A DNA stretch of 32,000 bases. Source: Archaeoglobus fulgidus DSM 4304. GTDB lineage: Archaea > Halobacteriota > Archaeoglobi > Archaeoglobales > Archaeoglobaceae. Location: NCBI RefSeq assembly GCF_000008665.1, contig NC_000917.1, forward strand, positions 1,470,001-1,502,000, written 5' to 3'. Below are positions 18,060-26,677 of the stretch, in pieces. The notes beneath the pieces are model-generated. The model did no database searches. It was not told the origin of the DNA and saw nothing but the letters and a program-made list of their open reading frames with translations. Within the stretch, counting starts at the first letter, position 1, and every line of letters begins with the position of its first letter. The translations under genes were made by a program, and so were the position numbers.

Positions 18060-18511
18060 TTCAACTCACCAACTATACTCTTTATCTCAATAATTAATAA
18101 AGCTATTCCCGGGATGAGGATTAAGAGCAGATAACCCGGCAGAGTTCTAACAACACTGCCAAGCAATCCAAGCTTCGGGATTTTTGCCACATAAACCCCA
18201 ACAACGCTGTCATAGCTTACGGGCTCATCCTCTCTCGGCAGGTTGTCACCTTTCGTGATTATCGCCTCGGACGTTTTCTCAACCACTCTGTGCGTGATGA
18301 GGTATGTTTTTCCATCAATGGTTTTCTTGTAGGTTACGATATCCCCTACTTCCACATCGGAAGGATTTTTGGGGAAAATTAAAATCAGGTCTCCCGTCTC
18401 CAGTTCGGGGAGCATGGAAGTGCCGTAGGTGTTCAGAACCCTCACTCCACTAAGGTAGAGGGCCAGAATTGTCAGAAGAATGGCTGATAGAAGATAAAGT
18501 TTCGGCCTCAT
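18056..18511 (-). CDS. Signal peptidase I, S26B (SipW-like), minimal form
   Basis: 151 aa; NTYGTSMLPELETGDLILI, VEVGDIVTYKKTIDGKTYLITHRVVE, ITKGDNLPREDEPV; ATGA overlaps with both neighbours. Confidence 0.9.
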   Translation of the reverse strand: MRPKLYLLSAILLTILALYLSGVRVLNTYGTSMLPELETGDLILIFPKNPSDVEVGDIVTYKKTIDGKTYLITHRVVEKTSEAIITKGDNLPREDEPVSYDSVVGVYVAKIPKLGLLGSVVRTLPGYLLLILIPGIALLIIEIKSIVGELK

Positions 18512-19440
18512 CTCACAACAACTCCGTGGGCGGCGATGCAGTTGCCGTAGTCAACCACGTACTCATCAAAGTTAGAATTTAGCCCCTCGTGTTTGTAGGG
18601 GAATTTTCCCGGAGCGGACTTGGGAGGTGGACAGTCTCCGACGTAGAGGTGGGTTTCAGTCAGCATCCATCCACCATTTACGCTGTATTTCACCCTTATT
18701 TTCCCGCCAGCATCCTCGACTGTCAGGGAGCCCACGTGAATGTGCCGACCTGCGTAAATGGGAACCTGCAGCCCTCCACCGGTGTATGTGAAGTAACCAC
18801 CCCATCCCTGTCCAAACTCATGGAAATCTCCGCCTATCGCCCAGCAGGTCTCCTCCTCACCTCCATTGCCATCAACCTGCTCAAGGGACAGCTCAAGGTC
18901 AAACTTTGCCAAATCTCCCTGATACTCATTCTCAGCACTGCTGTTGATGTGGAAGGTGAAGTGGACGTCGCAAACCTCCCCCGGAGCAATGGGTGAGGTG
19001 TAGAATTTTAAATCCTCAAGTTCCCTCAGCGTTTTGTTGTCGTTCTCCACAATCAACTGGGAAAAGCTCTCGCACTCCACCCATATGCCAGTGAAGGTCT
19101 GATAGGAGATGTTGTTTATTTCATTAAGATAGTCGAATCTCGCCTCTTCCTCTGTAAACACTCCTCCAAAGTCCCTCACGTTGAAGATTTTAAGGTCAAC
19201 AACAGCCGGATTGTTTCCGGCGTTCTTAATCCTTATTATCTTCTCTTTGTATTCGCAGGGCTTCGCCTCGATGTCGATGAGCTTACCCGGGTTGTCAACC
19301 CATCCGTTTTGCCAAACTTTGAGGTCAATGTAGCCTGTTGTGTAGGTTGATGGGGAAGATTCAGCATCTGAAAAGTAGGCCAGAGTGCTTCCGGCAAATA
19401 AAATTAAAGAAATTGAAAAAAATATAAGGTAATTTCTCAT
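18508..19440 (-). CDS. TasA/camelysin-like secreted protein, paralogue 4, with extra C-terminal domain
   Basis: 310 aa; STLAYFSDAESSPSTYTTGYIDLKV N-terminus, SSAENEYQGDLAKFDLELSLEQ motif, then approx. 120 aa extra domain (VPIYAGRHIHVGSLTVEDAGGKIRVKYSVNGGWMLTETHLYVGDC...GKFPYKHEG). Confidence 0.8.
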   Translation of the reverse strand: MRNYLIFFSISLILFAGSTLAYFSDAESSPSTYTTGYIDLKVWQNGWVDNPGKLIDIEAKPCEYKEKIIRIKNAGNNPAVVDLKIFNVRDFGGVFTEEEARFDYLNEINNISYQTFTGIWVECESFSQLIVENDNKTLRELEDLKFYTSPIAPGEVCDVHFTFHINSSAENEYQGDLAKFDLELSLEQVDGNGGEEETCWAIGGDFHEFGQGWGGYFTYTGGGLQVPIYAGRHIHVGSLTVEDAGGKIRVKYSVNGGWMLTETHLYVGDCPPPKSAPGKFPYKHEGLNSNFDEYVVDYGNCIAAHGVVVR

Positions 19441-20192
19441 TATTCGCTCGCCACCTGCTCAAGCTTCACGATGATGTCGAAGAAAGTTATGTCGCCCTGA
19501 TACTTGTTGCCTGCGTCAGTTGAAAAGTCGATGTACATGGCCAATTCGAGGTAGCTGTCGGTTCCGTTGTACCAACCGTCGTTGTCTATTTCTGGCGGAG
19601 GTATGTTGTCAAAGCCTGTCATCGCCAAATCCTCCAAATCCATGTAGCCGTTGGAGTTTGCGTCAACGAGGTTGTAAGGTGCAGCAAGTCCGGTGGCTGT
19701 TGGCTGATAGTTGTCTATAATCTTGTCGTCCCTGACCAGAGCGTTATTGGTGTACCACTTGAAGTGCAGATGATGTAGTTTGATGTAGGCCCCCATTCCG
19801 TTAGCTCCAAGATGTCCGGTGGCGTAAGGGACGCCAATTATGGGAGACTGGCTGACGTCCGAATCACTCTCTGGCCCCGCAACAAATCCATCTGTTGCAT
19901 TGCCGTTGTCATCCTCGTAGTACTCAAAGCTGAAGTTTATCTCAAGATGGTCTCCTTTGTTCTCCCCCCAGTTCCATATTCTCAGCTTCCCGTCCTCTCC
20001 GGGCTCGCCCGGCTTCCAGTCATAGATGTCGAGTGCAACGTGCCCCGGAATATCATTGGTAAGGCCTATGTCCATCGTTCCCGCTTCAAAGTAGTTCTCT
20101 CCCGTCTCTTCCACATCAGCAAAGTAGGCGTAGGTGCTGAGGGTTGCCATCGCTATGGCAGCGATAAACACAAAGGCTGCAGCGGTCTTCAT
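19440..20192 (-). CDS. TasA/camelysin-like secreted protein, paralogue 3
   Basis: 250 aa; [40 protein letters not shown] Ca-loop-like motif, [23 protein letters not shown]. Confidence 0.8.
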
Positions 20193-20202
20193 TTTTCACA
20201 CC

Positions 20203-20802
20203 TCAGTATGGGGCACCGTCATCATTAACCTGGAAGGCCTTGAAGACGATGTCAAACTGCATCTGGTCGCCCTGATACTCGTTTCCTGCATCGCTTTTCA
20301 TGTGGAAGCTGAACAGCACATTCACGCACTCGTCTGGCTGAAGTGTTGTCAGCTCGTACCAAGTTCCCTCAACGTCCCTCACTGTCAAAACTCCTTCCTT
20401 AACAAGAACGTTCCAGCCTTCACCTTTGTTGTAGGCCAAGTCAAACCACGTCACGTTCGAAAGGTCGTTTATCAGCCCACTTGGGTCAGCTTCAAGCTCC
20501 GGCTCGGTAACTTCATTGTTCGACTCGGTGATGTTGTCTATTCTCGTGTAAACGACGGCCGGATTTGTTCCATTGTTGCAGACGAGCTTGTAAACGCAGA
20601 AGTTCAAGCTCGGCTTTGCGTCATCCGTAACAATCACAGATGTAGTCCATGGATTCTCGCCGTCAACTGAGATATCAATGGTGCCCGCAGTGATGGTGTT
20701 GTTGTCGCTCACCTCAACGTCGTAGAAGTAGGTGAGGGTGCCAGTAGCAATCACTGCCATCATGAATCCGATGGAAAGGATGCTGAGCAGCAGTTTTCTC
20801 AT
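20203..20802 (-). CDS. TasA/camelysin-like secreted protein, paralogue 2
   Basis: ORF 20203..20811, likely ATG at 20802 preceded by AGGTGAG. TGTLTYFYDVEVSDNNTITAGTIDISV, KSDAGNEYQGDQMQFDIVFKAFQV. Confidence 0.8.
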   Translation of the reverse strand: MRKLLLSILSIGFMMAVIATGTLTYFYDVEVSDNNTITAGTIDISVDGENPWTTSVIVTDDAKPSLNFCVYKLVCNNGTNPAVVYTRIDNITESNNEVTEPELEADPSGLINDLSNVTWFDLAYNKGEGWNVLVKEGVLTVRDVEGTWYELTTLQPDECVNVLFSFHMKSDAGNEYQGDQMQFDIVFKAFQVNDDGAPY

Positions 20803-20829
20803 TTCACTCACCTGAAAAAATTAGAGGAG

Positions 20830-21588
20830 TCACTCGAAGGGGTTGCTGTCGTCGTTGAGCTGCGTAACGGCAAACTTCAGGGTTGCTCCCCAGCTATCAG
20901 ACTGGGCCATGTTGTCAGTATCGGTAGGTGTCCACTCCCAGTAGATGCCGAAGCAGTATGTCTGGCATGCTTCCATGTATCCTCCCGGTAGATACTGGCT
21001 GAGGTTGAAGTTCGCATCGGAGATATCTTTCAGGTATCCGCTCCACAGCAGCTGTTCGCTGCCATCTCCGTTTCCATCAACAAACGTATCCCTACAGCCG
21101 AAAGGACAACCATCGTAGAAGTCATACTTGTTGTCGCAGTCGTCATCCCTCCAGATCATCACGTGGATGTACTCATCAAGCTCTCCATACCAAGCTCCAT
21201 CTGTGGTATCTCCTGCTTCCTGCTCTGGCTCCGTAAGGCCATTGTCATCGTCTTCCGTAACATCAACGGCAAACCACAGATAGCCTGGGTTGTTGTAGAG
21301 GTGCAGGCTAACTGTCATCTCTCCGCTATCTCCCGGCTTCACATCGTCGAGCTGCCAGAAGTAGTCCACAGATGCATTAAGGTCTTTCTCGCTAAAGTTG
21401 TGGTGGTAAACCTGACCATCCCACTTCCAGTATGTGCTGTTCAGGTCCACTTTCAGGTCGAGGCTGCCAGCCGTGAAGGTTCCCGGCGCCATTTCGGTGT
21501 CGCTGAAGTAGGCAAGGGTTCCCGCTCCAAGCCCAATTCCAATCAGCCCCACTACAAGGAGGCTGTACCAAACCTTTTTCACTTCCAA
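20830..21588 (-). CDS. TasA/camelysin-like secreted protein, paralogue 1
   Basis: 252 aa; TTG start after GAGGTGAT; [26 protein letters not shown], acidic loops [28 protein letters not shown]; C-term [17 protein letters not shown]. Confidence 0.8.
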
Positions 21589-21715
21589 TCACCTCAAGAT
21601 GAAAAACGTCTTCATTTTTAATATGCTTATTGAAATATAATTATGAATCAAAAATAAGTATTGCAAATTCGGATTGAAAATCGGGAAAGAAGCTGTGTAT
21701 TCATTTTAGGTAACA

Positions 21716-21928
21716 CTAATACACATCAAGCCTAACCAACCTCCGCCCACTTTCGCTGAGCTTCAGCTTCAGGTTTGCTCTTTCGACGAAATCCATCTCC
21801 ATCAGAAACTCCAGCACTTTTCTCAGCATCGCCCTCTCAACCCTCAGTTTTTCGGCCAATTCCCTTTCGGTCATCTCCTCCTCATTCAGAATGAGCAGAA
21901 TCTCATCGATAAGTTCTGGAACTTTCAT
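21716..21928 (-). CDS. Small winged-helix-type DNA-binding protein
   Basis: ORF 21716..21985, likely ATG at 21928. MKVPELIDEILLILNEEEMTERELAEKLRVERAMLRKVLEFLMEMDFVERANLKLKLSESGRRLV is wHTH-like. Confidence 0.65.
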   Translation of the reverse strand: MKVPELIDEILLILNEEEMTERELAEKLRVERAMLRKVLEFLMEMDFVERANLKLKLSESGRRLVRLDVY

Positions 21929-22049
21929 AATACTAATTTTCCTAAGATTTAATATGAATTTTGAAGTATAATTATGGATTTGCATTAAGTAACTGTCTTA
22001 CGAAATCATTTTTCGTATTTGGGCTTATCGCAAAGACCAAAAAATATTG

Positions 22050-22340
22050 TCAAAAAATTGAGTTTTCAACGGCATTTTTCAAAGCCTGAAGGTCTTCCTC
22101 AATTTCGCTGAATTTTTGTATGAATTCCCTTCCCTTTTCAGTTGTTCTGTACTTCGTTCTTTTACCATCAGTAACTGGCTCAATAAATCCTTCCTTCAAA
22201 AGGCAGTTAATGTAATCCTGAGCAACCTTAGAGTTCAAATTCACTCTGTAAACAATTTTGGTAATGTTAACTCCATTTCCGGAGCACGTCTGAAGAATTT
22301 CAGCCATGATTTCGATTTTGGACCTTCTCATTTCTGCCAC
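22050..22340 (-). CDS. Archaeal winged-helix transcriptional regulator
   Basis: 96 aa; RSKIEIMAEILQTCSGNGVNITKIVYRVNLNSKVAQDYINCLLKEGFIEPVTDGKRTKYRTTEKGREFI typical archaeal wHTH. Confidence 0.75.
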   Translation of the reverse strand: MAEMRRSKIEIMAEILQTCSGNGVNITKIVYRVNLNSKVAQDYINCLLKEGFIEPVTDGKRTKYRTTEKGREFIQKFSEIEEDLQALKNAVENSIF

Positions 22341-22470
22341 CCTACGAGCCTTTGCAGATGTGGAATGTTATGTTTATGTTTTTAATGATATTTATAGATT
22401 TTGTTGAATTGTAACTACCATAATGATGAGAGCCTTAAATTAATTGTATAAAAATTATTTTTATAAGCCC

Positions 22471-24729
22471 TCAACCGCACCTCGTAAACCCGCAGAACCT
22501 GCAGGTTGCGCAACCCTCCCCGTACTCAAGAACATTCCCGCATTCAGGACACACTCCGCCAATCTGCTTCGTCCTCGGCTCCTCTCTCTCCTCAGCCTCG
22601 CCGGTGAAGGCCGTGAGGGGCTTGATTCCCTCAACTTCGAACTTTATTTTCTTGTACTCTCCCTTTAGGTGCTTTTCGAGAACCTTTGCCACTCCATCCG
22701 CGCAGGATGTTATGACCTCTCCGTTGTCGAATCCTGGCGAGGGACAGCGTATGTTCTTGAGCTGCCTTATCAGCACCTCAGGGTCAATCCAACTCCTAAG
22801 CGCGACTGAAAGCAGCCTCCCCATTGCCTCTGTCTGCGACGCAGCGCAGCCTCCGCTTTTTCCAAGCTGCACGAAGACTTCGGCAATCCCGTACTCGTCC
22901 TCGTTGATGGTCACATACAGGGAACCGCAGCCTGTTCTGGTCTCAATCGTTCTGCCGGTGGTTATCCTCGGCCTCGGCCTCGGCTCGATGTACTTGGCAG
23001 GGGGTCTCGGCTTCGCCTCCTTCTTCTCCTCCTCAGCCTTCTTTATTCTGAGAACCTGCTCCTCTCTGCTGCCATCTCTGTAAACGGTTATGCCCTTACA
23101 TCCAAGCTCGTATGCCAGCAGGAAAGCCTTCTCAACGTCTTTCCGCGTAGCAGAGTTCGGCATATTTATGGTTTTGCTGACCGCATTGTCCGTGTACTTC
23201 TGGAAGGCCGCCTGCATTCTCACATGCCACTCTGGAGAGATGTCGAGAGCGCACTTGAAGACCCTCCTTATGTCCTCGGGAATCTCCTCTATTTCCTGAA
23301 TGCTGCCTTTTTCGGCAACTTTCTCAATCAGCTCATCTGTGTACAGCCCTCTTCTCCTTAAAACTTCCTCGAATATCTCATTTATCTCGAAGAACTCTTC
23401 TCCGTCAAGAATGTTCGTTCTCTTGTATGCTAAAGCGAAAATCGGCTCTATTCCGCTTGAACAGCCAGCGATAATGCTTATCGTTCCCGTTGGTGCGATT
23501 GTTGTTGTCGTTGCGTTCCTCATCTTTATTCCCTTCTTCTCCCACACGCTGCCCTTCCAGTTGGGGAAAACACCCCTCTCCTCCGCCAGCTGCTGCGAAG
23601 CCCTGTGACTTTCCTCCTGAATGAACTTCATCACCTTCTCAGCAAGCTGGATGGCTTCATCGCTGTCGTAGGGGATGTTGAGCAGAAAGAGCATGTCAGC
23701 CCAGCCCATAACTCCGAGACCTATTTTGCGGTTGGCTTTGGTCATCTGCTCGATTTCGGGAATGGGGTAGCTGTTGACATCGATAACGTCATCCAAAAAC
23801 CTCACGGCAATCCAGACAACCTCCCTGAGCCCATCCCAGTCGATTTCCCCATCTTTAACGAACTTTGCGAGGTTTATGCTGCCAAGGTTGCAGGATTCGT
23901 AGGGCAGGAGCGGTTGCTCTCCGCAGGGGTTTGTTGCTTCAATCTGTCCCACGTGCGGAGTGGGGTTGAAGCGGTTTATGGTGTCGATGAAAATCATTCC
24001 CGGCTCTCCGTTGCGCCATGCTCCCTCCACAATCAAATTGAATATCTTTCTGGCGGGAACTCTCCTTACAACCTCCCCCGTTCTGGGGTTGATGAGGTCG
24101 TAATCATCATCTTTCTTCAAAGCTTCCATGAAGGCGTCGGTTGCGGCAACGCTGATGTTGAAGTTTCTCAGCACCCCCTCCTCCCATTTCGCCTTTATGA
24201 ATTCCTCAATGTCCGGGTGGTGGACGTTCAGAACGCCCATGTTTGCCCCTCTTCTCCTCCCTCCCTGCTTTATCTGCTCCGTCGCAGCATCAAATATTTT
24301 CATGAAGCTTACCGGTCCGCTTGCAACGCCCATTGTGGATTTTACTATATCTCCCTTCGGTCTCAGCCTTGAAAAGCTGAATCCCGTCCCTCCCCCGCTC
24401 TTTTGAACCTTCGCCATATCCCAGAGGGCCTTGAAAATGCCGTCAATGGAGTCCTCAACGGGGATGACGAAGCATGCAGAAAGCTGATTCAGCTCCGTCC
24501 CCGCATTCATCAGCGTTGGGGAGTTGGGCATGAACTTCTGCTCCCAGAGGAGCTTGAAGAACTTTTCAGCCCACTCTTCAGCATTGTTTCCGTAATTCTC
24601 CTCAGCCTTTGCAATTGCCCTGGCAACCCTCCAGCACATCTCTTCTGGAGTCTCAATTACGTTACCTTCATCATCCTTGAGAAGATACCTCTTTCTGAGC
24701 ACAGTTTCAGCAGTACGATTGAGCTTCAT
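22471..24729 (-). CDS. nrdJ: Adenosylcobalamin-dependent (class II) ribonucleoside-diphosphate reductase
   Basis: 752 aa; NSPTLMNAGTELNQLSACFVIPVEDS, GGGTGFSFSRLRPKG, NPCGEQPLLPYESCNLGSINLAKF, TGTISIIAGCSSGIEPIFA; C-terminal CPECG...CRFCGFTRCG. No intein. Confidence 0.95.
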   Translation of the reverse strand: MKLNRTAETVLRKRYLLKDDEGNVIETPEEMCWRVARAIAKAEENYGNNAEEWAEKFFKLLWEQKFMPNSPTLMNAGTELNQLSACFVIPVEDSIDGIFKALWDMAKVQKSGGGTGFSFSRLRPKGDIVKSTMGVASGPVSFMKIFDAATEQIKQGGRRRGANMGVLNVHHPDIEEFIKAKWEEGVLRNFNISVAATDAFMEALKKDDDYDLINPRTGEVVRRVPARKIFNLIVEGAWRNGEPGMIFIDTINRFNPTPHVGQIEATNPCGEQPLLPYESCNLGSINLAKFVKDGEIDWDGLREVVWIAVRFLDDVIDVNSYPIPEIEQMTKANRKIGLGVMGWADMLFLLNIPYDSDEAIQLAEKVMKFIQEESHRASQQLAEERGVFPNWKGSVWEKKGIKMRNATTTTIAPTGTISIIAGCSSGIEPIFALAYKRTNILDGEEFFEINEIFEEVLRRRGLYTDELIEKVAEKGSIQEIEEIPEDIRRVFKCALDISPEWHVRMQAAFQKYTDNAVSKTINMPNSATRKDVEKAFLLAYELGCKGITVYRDGSREEQVLRIKKAEEEKKEAKPRPPAKYIEPRPRPRITTGRTIETRTGCGSLYVTINEDEYGIAEVFVQLGKSGGCAASQTEAMGRLLSVALRSWIDPEVLIRQLKNIRCPSPGFDNGEVITSCADGVAKVLEKHLKGEYKKIKFEVEGIKPLTAFTGEAEEREEPRTKQIGGVCPECGNVLEYGEGCATCRFCGFTRCG

Positions 24730-24876
24730 CAGTTATGGTAGATAAGAAAGATAAAACAATTTTGCCTGCCCTTCGAGAGCATCTATTGAAGGAAAAATTG
24801 AATAGAAAAATTTTTCTTACAGCATCTCAAGAAAACTTGACATTAACTTTAATACTTTTCAAGAAGACAGGACATC

Positions 24877-25845
24877 ATGGAGACTCTTATTTTGACTCAG
24901 GAGGAAGTAGAATCCCTGATATCGATGGACGAGGCGATGAATGCTGTTGAGGAGGCGTTCAGACTTTACGCTCTTGGTAAAGCTCAAATGCCGCCAAAGG
25001 TGTATCTTGAGTTCGAAAAAGGCGATTTAAGGGCTATGCCGGCGCATTTAATGGGGTACGCAGGATTGAAGTGGGTGAACTCCCATCCCGGAAATCCGGA
25101 TAAAGGCCTGCCAACAGTCATGGCGTTGATGATACTGAACAGCCCTGAGACGGGGTTTCCCTTGGCTGTGATGGACGCAACCTACACGACCTCTCTGAGA
25201 ACCGGTGCTGCTGGAGGAATAGCGGCGAAGTATCTGGCAAGGAAGAACAGCAGCGTTTTTGGATTTATCGGCTGCGGAACTCAGGCGTATTTCCAGCTCG
25301 AAGCTCTGAGGAGAGTGTTTGATATAGGAGAAGTCAAGGCCTACGATGTTAGGGAAAAGGCAGCGAAAAAGTTCGTTAGCTATTGCGAAGATAGGGGAAT
25401 CTCAGCTTCCGTGCAGCCTGCTGAGGAGGCGAGCAGATGCGATGTCCTTGTCACCACAACTCCGTCACGAAAACCAGTTGTTAAGGCTGAGTGGGTTGAG
25501 GAGGGGACGCACATAAACGCAATCGGTGCGGACGGGCCTGGAAAGCAGGAACTGGATGTAGAAATACTTAAAAAGGCTAAAATTGTTGTCGATGACCTTG
25601 AACAGGCCAAGCACGGCGGGGAGATTAATGTGGCGGTTTCAAAAGGCGTCATAGGTGTTGAAGATGTTCACGCAACCATCGGGGAGGTTATAGCCGGTCT
25701 GAAGGATGGAAGGGAGAGCGATGAGGAGATTACAATCTTCGACTCCACAGGCTTGGCGATTCAGGACGTGGCTGTTGCAAAAGTCGTTTATGAGAACGCC
25801 CTTAGCAAGAACGTGGGGAGTAAAATAAAGTTTTTCAGGATATGA
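24877..25845 (+). CDS. ala: Ornithine cyclodeaminase/mu-crystallin family protein, archaeal NAD-dependent alanine dehydrogenase type
   Basis: 322 aa; YAGLKWVNSHPGNPDKGLPTVMALMILNSPETGFPLAVMDATYTTSLRTGA, FGFIGCGTQAYFQLEAL Rossmann motif. Confidence 0.88.
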   Translation: METLILTQEEVESLISMDEAMNAVEEAFRLYALGKAQMPPKVYLEFEKGDLRAMPAHLMGYAGLKWVNSHPGNPDKGLPTVMALMILNSPETGFPLAVMDATYTTSLRTGAAGGIAAKYLARKNSSVFGFIGCGTQAYFQLEALRRVFDIGEVKAYDVREKAAKKFVSYCEDRGISASVQPAEEASRCDVLVTTTPSRKPVVKAEWVEEGTHINAIGADGPGKQELDVEILKKAKIVVDDLEQAKHGGEINVAVSKGVIGVEDVHATIGEVIAGLKDGRESDEEITIFDSTGLAIQDVAVAKVVYENALSKNVGSKIKFFRI

Positions 25846-26510
25846 AGGTAGCGGCACTGATTTCAGGAGGAAAGGACTCAATTCTAGCGCTGCACAAGGT
25901 TGCGGAAAAGCACGAGGTTATCTCTCTGGTGGGAATTTTTCCAGAGAATGAGGATTCTTACATGTTCCACTCCGTGAACCTCCACATGCTTGATGTTGTT
26001 GCCGAGTCTCTGGGTTTGCCGCTGAAGAAGCTCTACGTCTCCGGCGAGGAAGAGAAAGAAGTGGATGAGCTTGCAGGGCAGATTGGGGAAGTTGACGCTG
26101 ACGCGCTGTGTATTGGCGGAATAGAGTCGAATTATCAGAAAAAGAGATTTGAAAAGGTTTGCAGGGAGGTGGGAATGAAGCTGATCGCCCCTCTGTGGAA
26201 AGCGAACCCCGAAAAGCTGATGTATGAGGTTGCTGAAAAATTTGAGGCGATAATTGTCAGCGTTTCGGCAATGGGGCTTGATGAAAGCTTTCTGGGAAGA
26301 AGGATTGATAAGGAATGCATTGAAGACCTTAAAAGGCTAAACGAGAAGTACAGCGTGCATTTGGCTGGAGAAGGGGGAGAATTTGAGACGCTCGTCCTCG
26401 ACGCCCCGCTTTACAGGTTTAGGATAAAAGTTGACAGCATTAGAAAGTTCTGGGACGGGGTGAGGGGTTACTGTTTAATTGAACGATATTCAAAAATTTC
26501 GAAAACCTGA
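25842..26510 (+). CDS. Diphthine-ammonia ligase-like ATP-binding protein (Dph6 family)
   Basis: 222 aa; N-terminal PP-loop KVAALISGGKDSILALHKV, CIGGIESNYQKKRFEKVC, HLAGEGGEFETLVLDAPLY. Confidence 0.88.
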   Translation: MKVAALISGGKDSILALHKVAEKHEVISLVGIFPENEDSYMFHSVNLHMLDVVAESLGLPLKKLYVSGEEEKEVDELAGQIGEVDADALCIGGIESNYQKKRFEKVCREVGMKLIAPLWKANPEKLMYEVAEKFEAIIVSVSAMGLDESFLGRRIDKECIEDLKRLNEKYSVHLAGEGGEFETLVLDAPLYRFRIKVDSIRKFWDGVRGYCLIERYSKISKT

Positions 26511-26640
26511 GTAGAAAATTTTTTGAACTCCTTTGCCTTTTATTTTCGAAGAGTTTGAAAATTGCGCGGTTTTGAATGTCTTTGAAAATTCGAAAACCTT
26601 TAATCATTAAAATATTTTTCGAAACCTTTATATAAGGCTG
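26498..26640 (+). promoter_or_regulatory. Upstream region of sat with repeated TTCGAAA(A)CC motifs and a TATA box (TTTATATAA 26627-26635)
   Basis: TTCGAAAACC 26498-26507, TTCGAA 26545-26550, TTCGAAAACCTTTA 26589-26602, TTCGAAACCTTTA 26619-26631; SD GGAGGT 26665-26670 and ATG 26678 follow. Confidence 0.6.
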
Positions 26641-26677
26641 TGAAAAAAAATACATCATAGGTTAGGAGGTGGAAGAG

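Noticed and set aside
20134-20670. 178 aa plus-strand ORF inside the fibre locus
   Set aside because: Antisense to two secreted paralogues that align with each other at both termini; composition is not protein-like.
23605-24372. 255 aa ORF antisense to the ribonucleotide reductase
   Set aside because: Shadow ORF; the minus-strand RNR is conserved throughout.
22471-24729. Possible intein in the class II ribonucleotide reductase
   Set aside because: Archaeal RNRs often have inteins, but the 752 aa product reads continuously through the active-site motifs with no Hint or DOD motifs.
26498-26640. TTCGAAAACC copies considered as a degenerate CRISPR array
   Set aside because: Only short 6-14 nt motifs at irregular spacing (47, 44, 30 nt), without a 24-37 nt repeat; better explained as promoter-proximal motifs.
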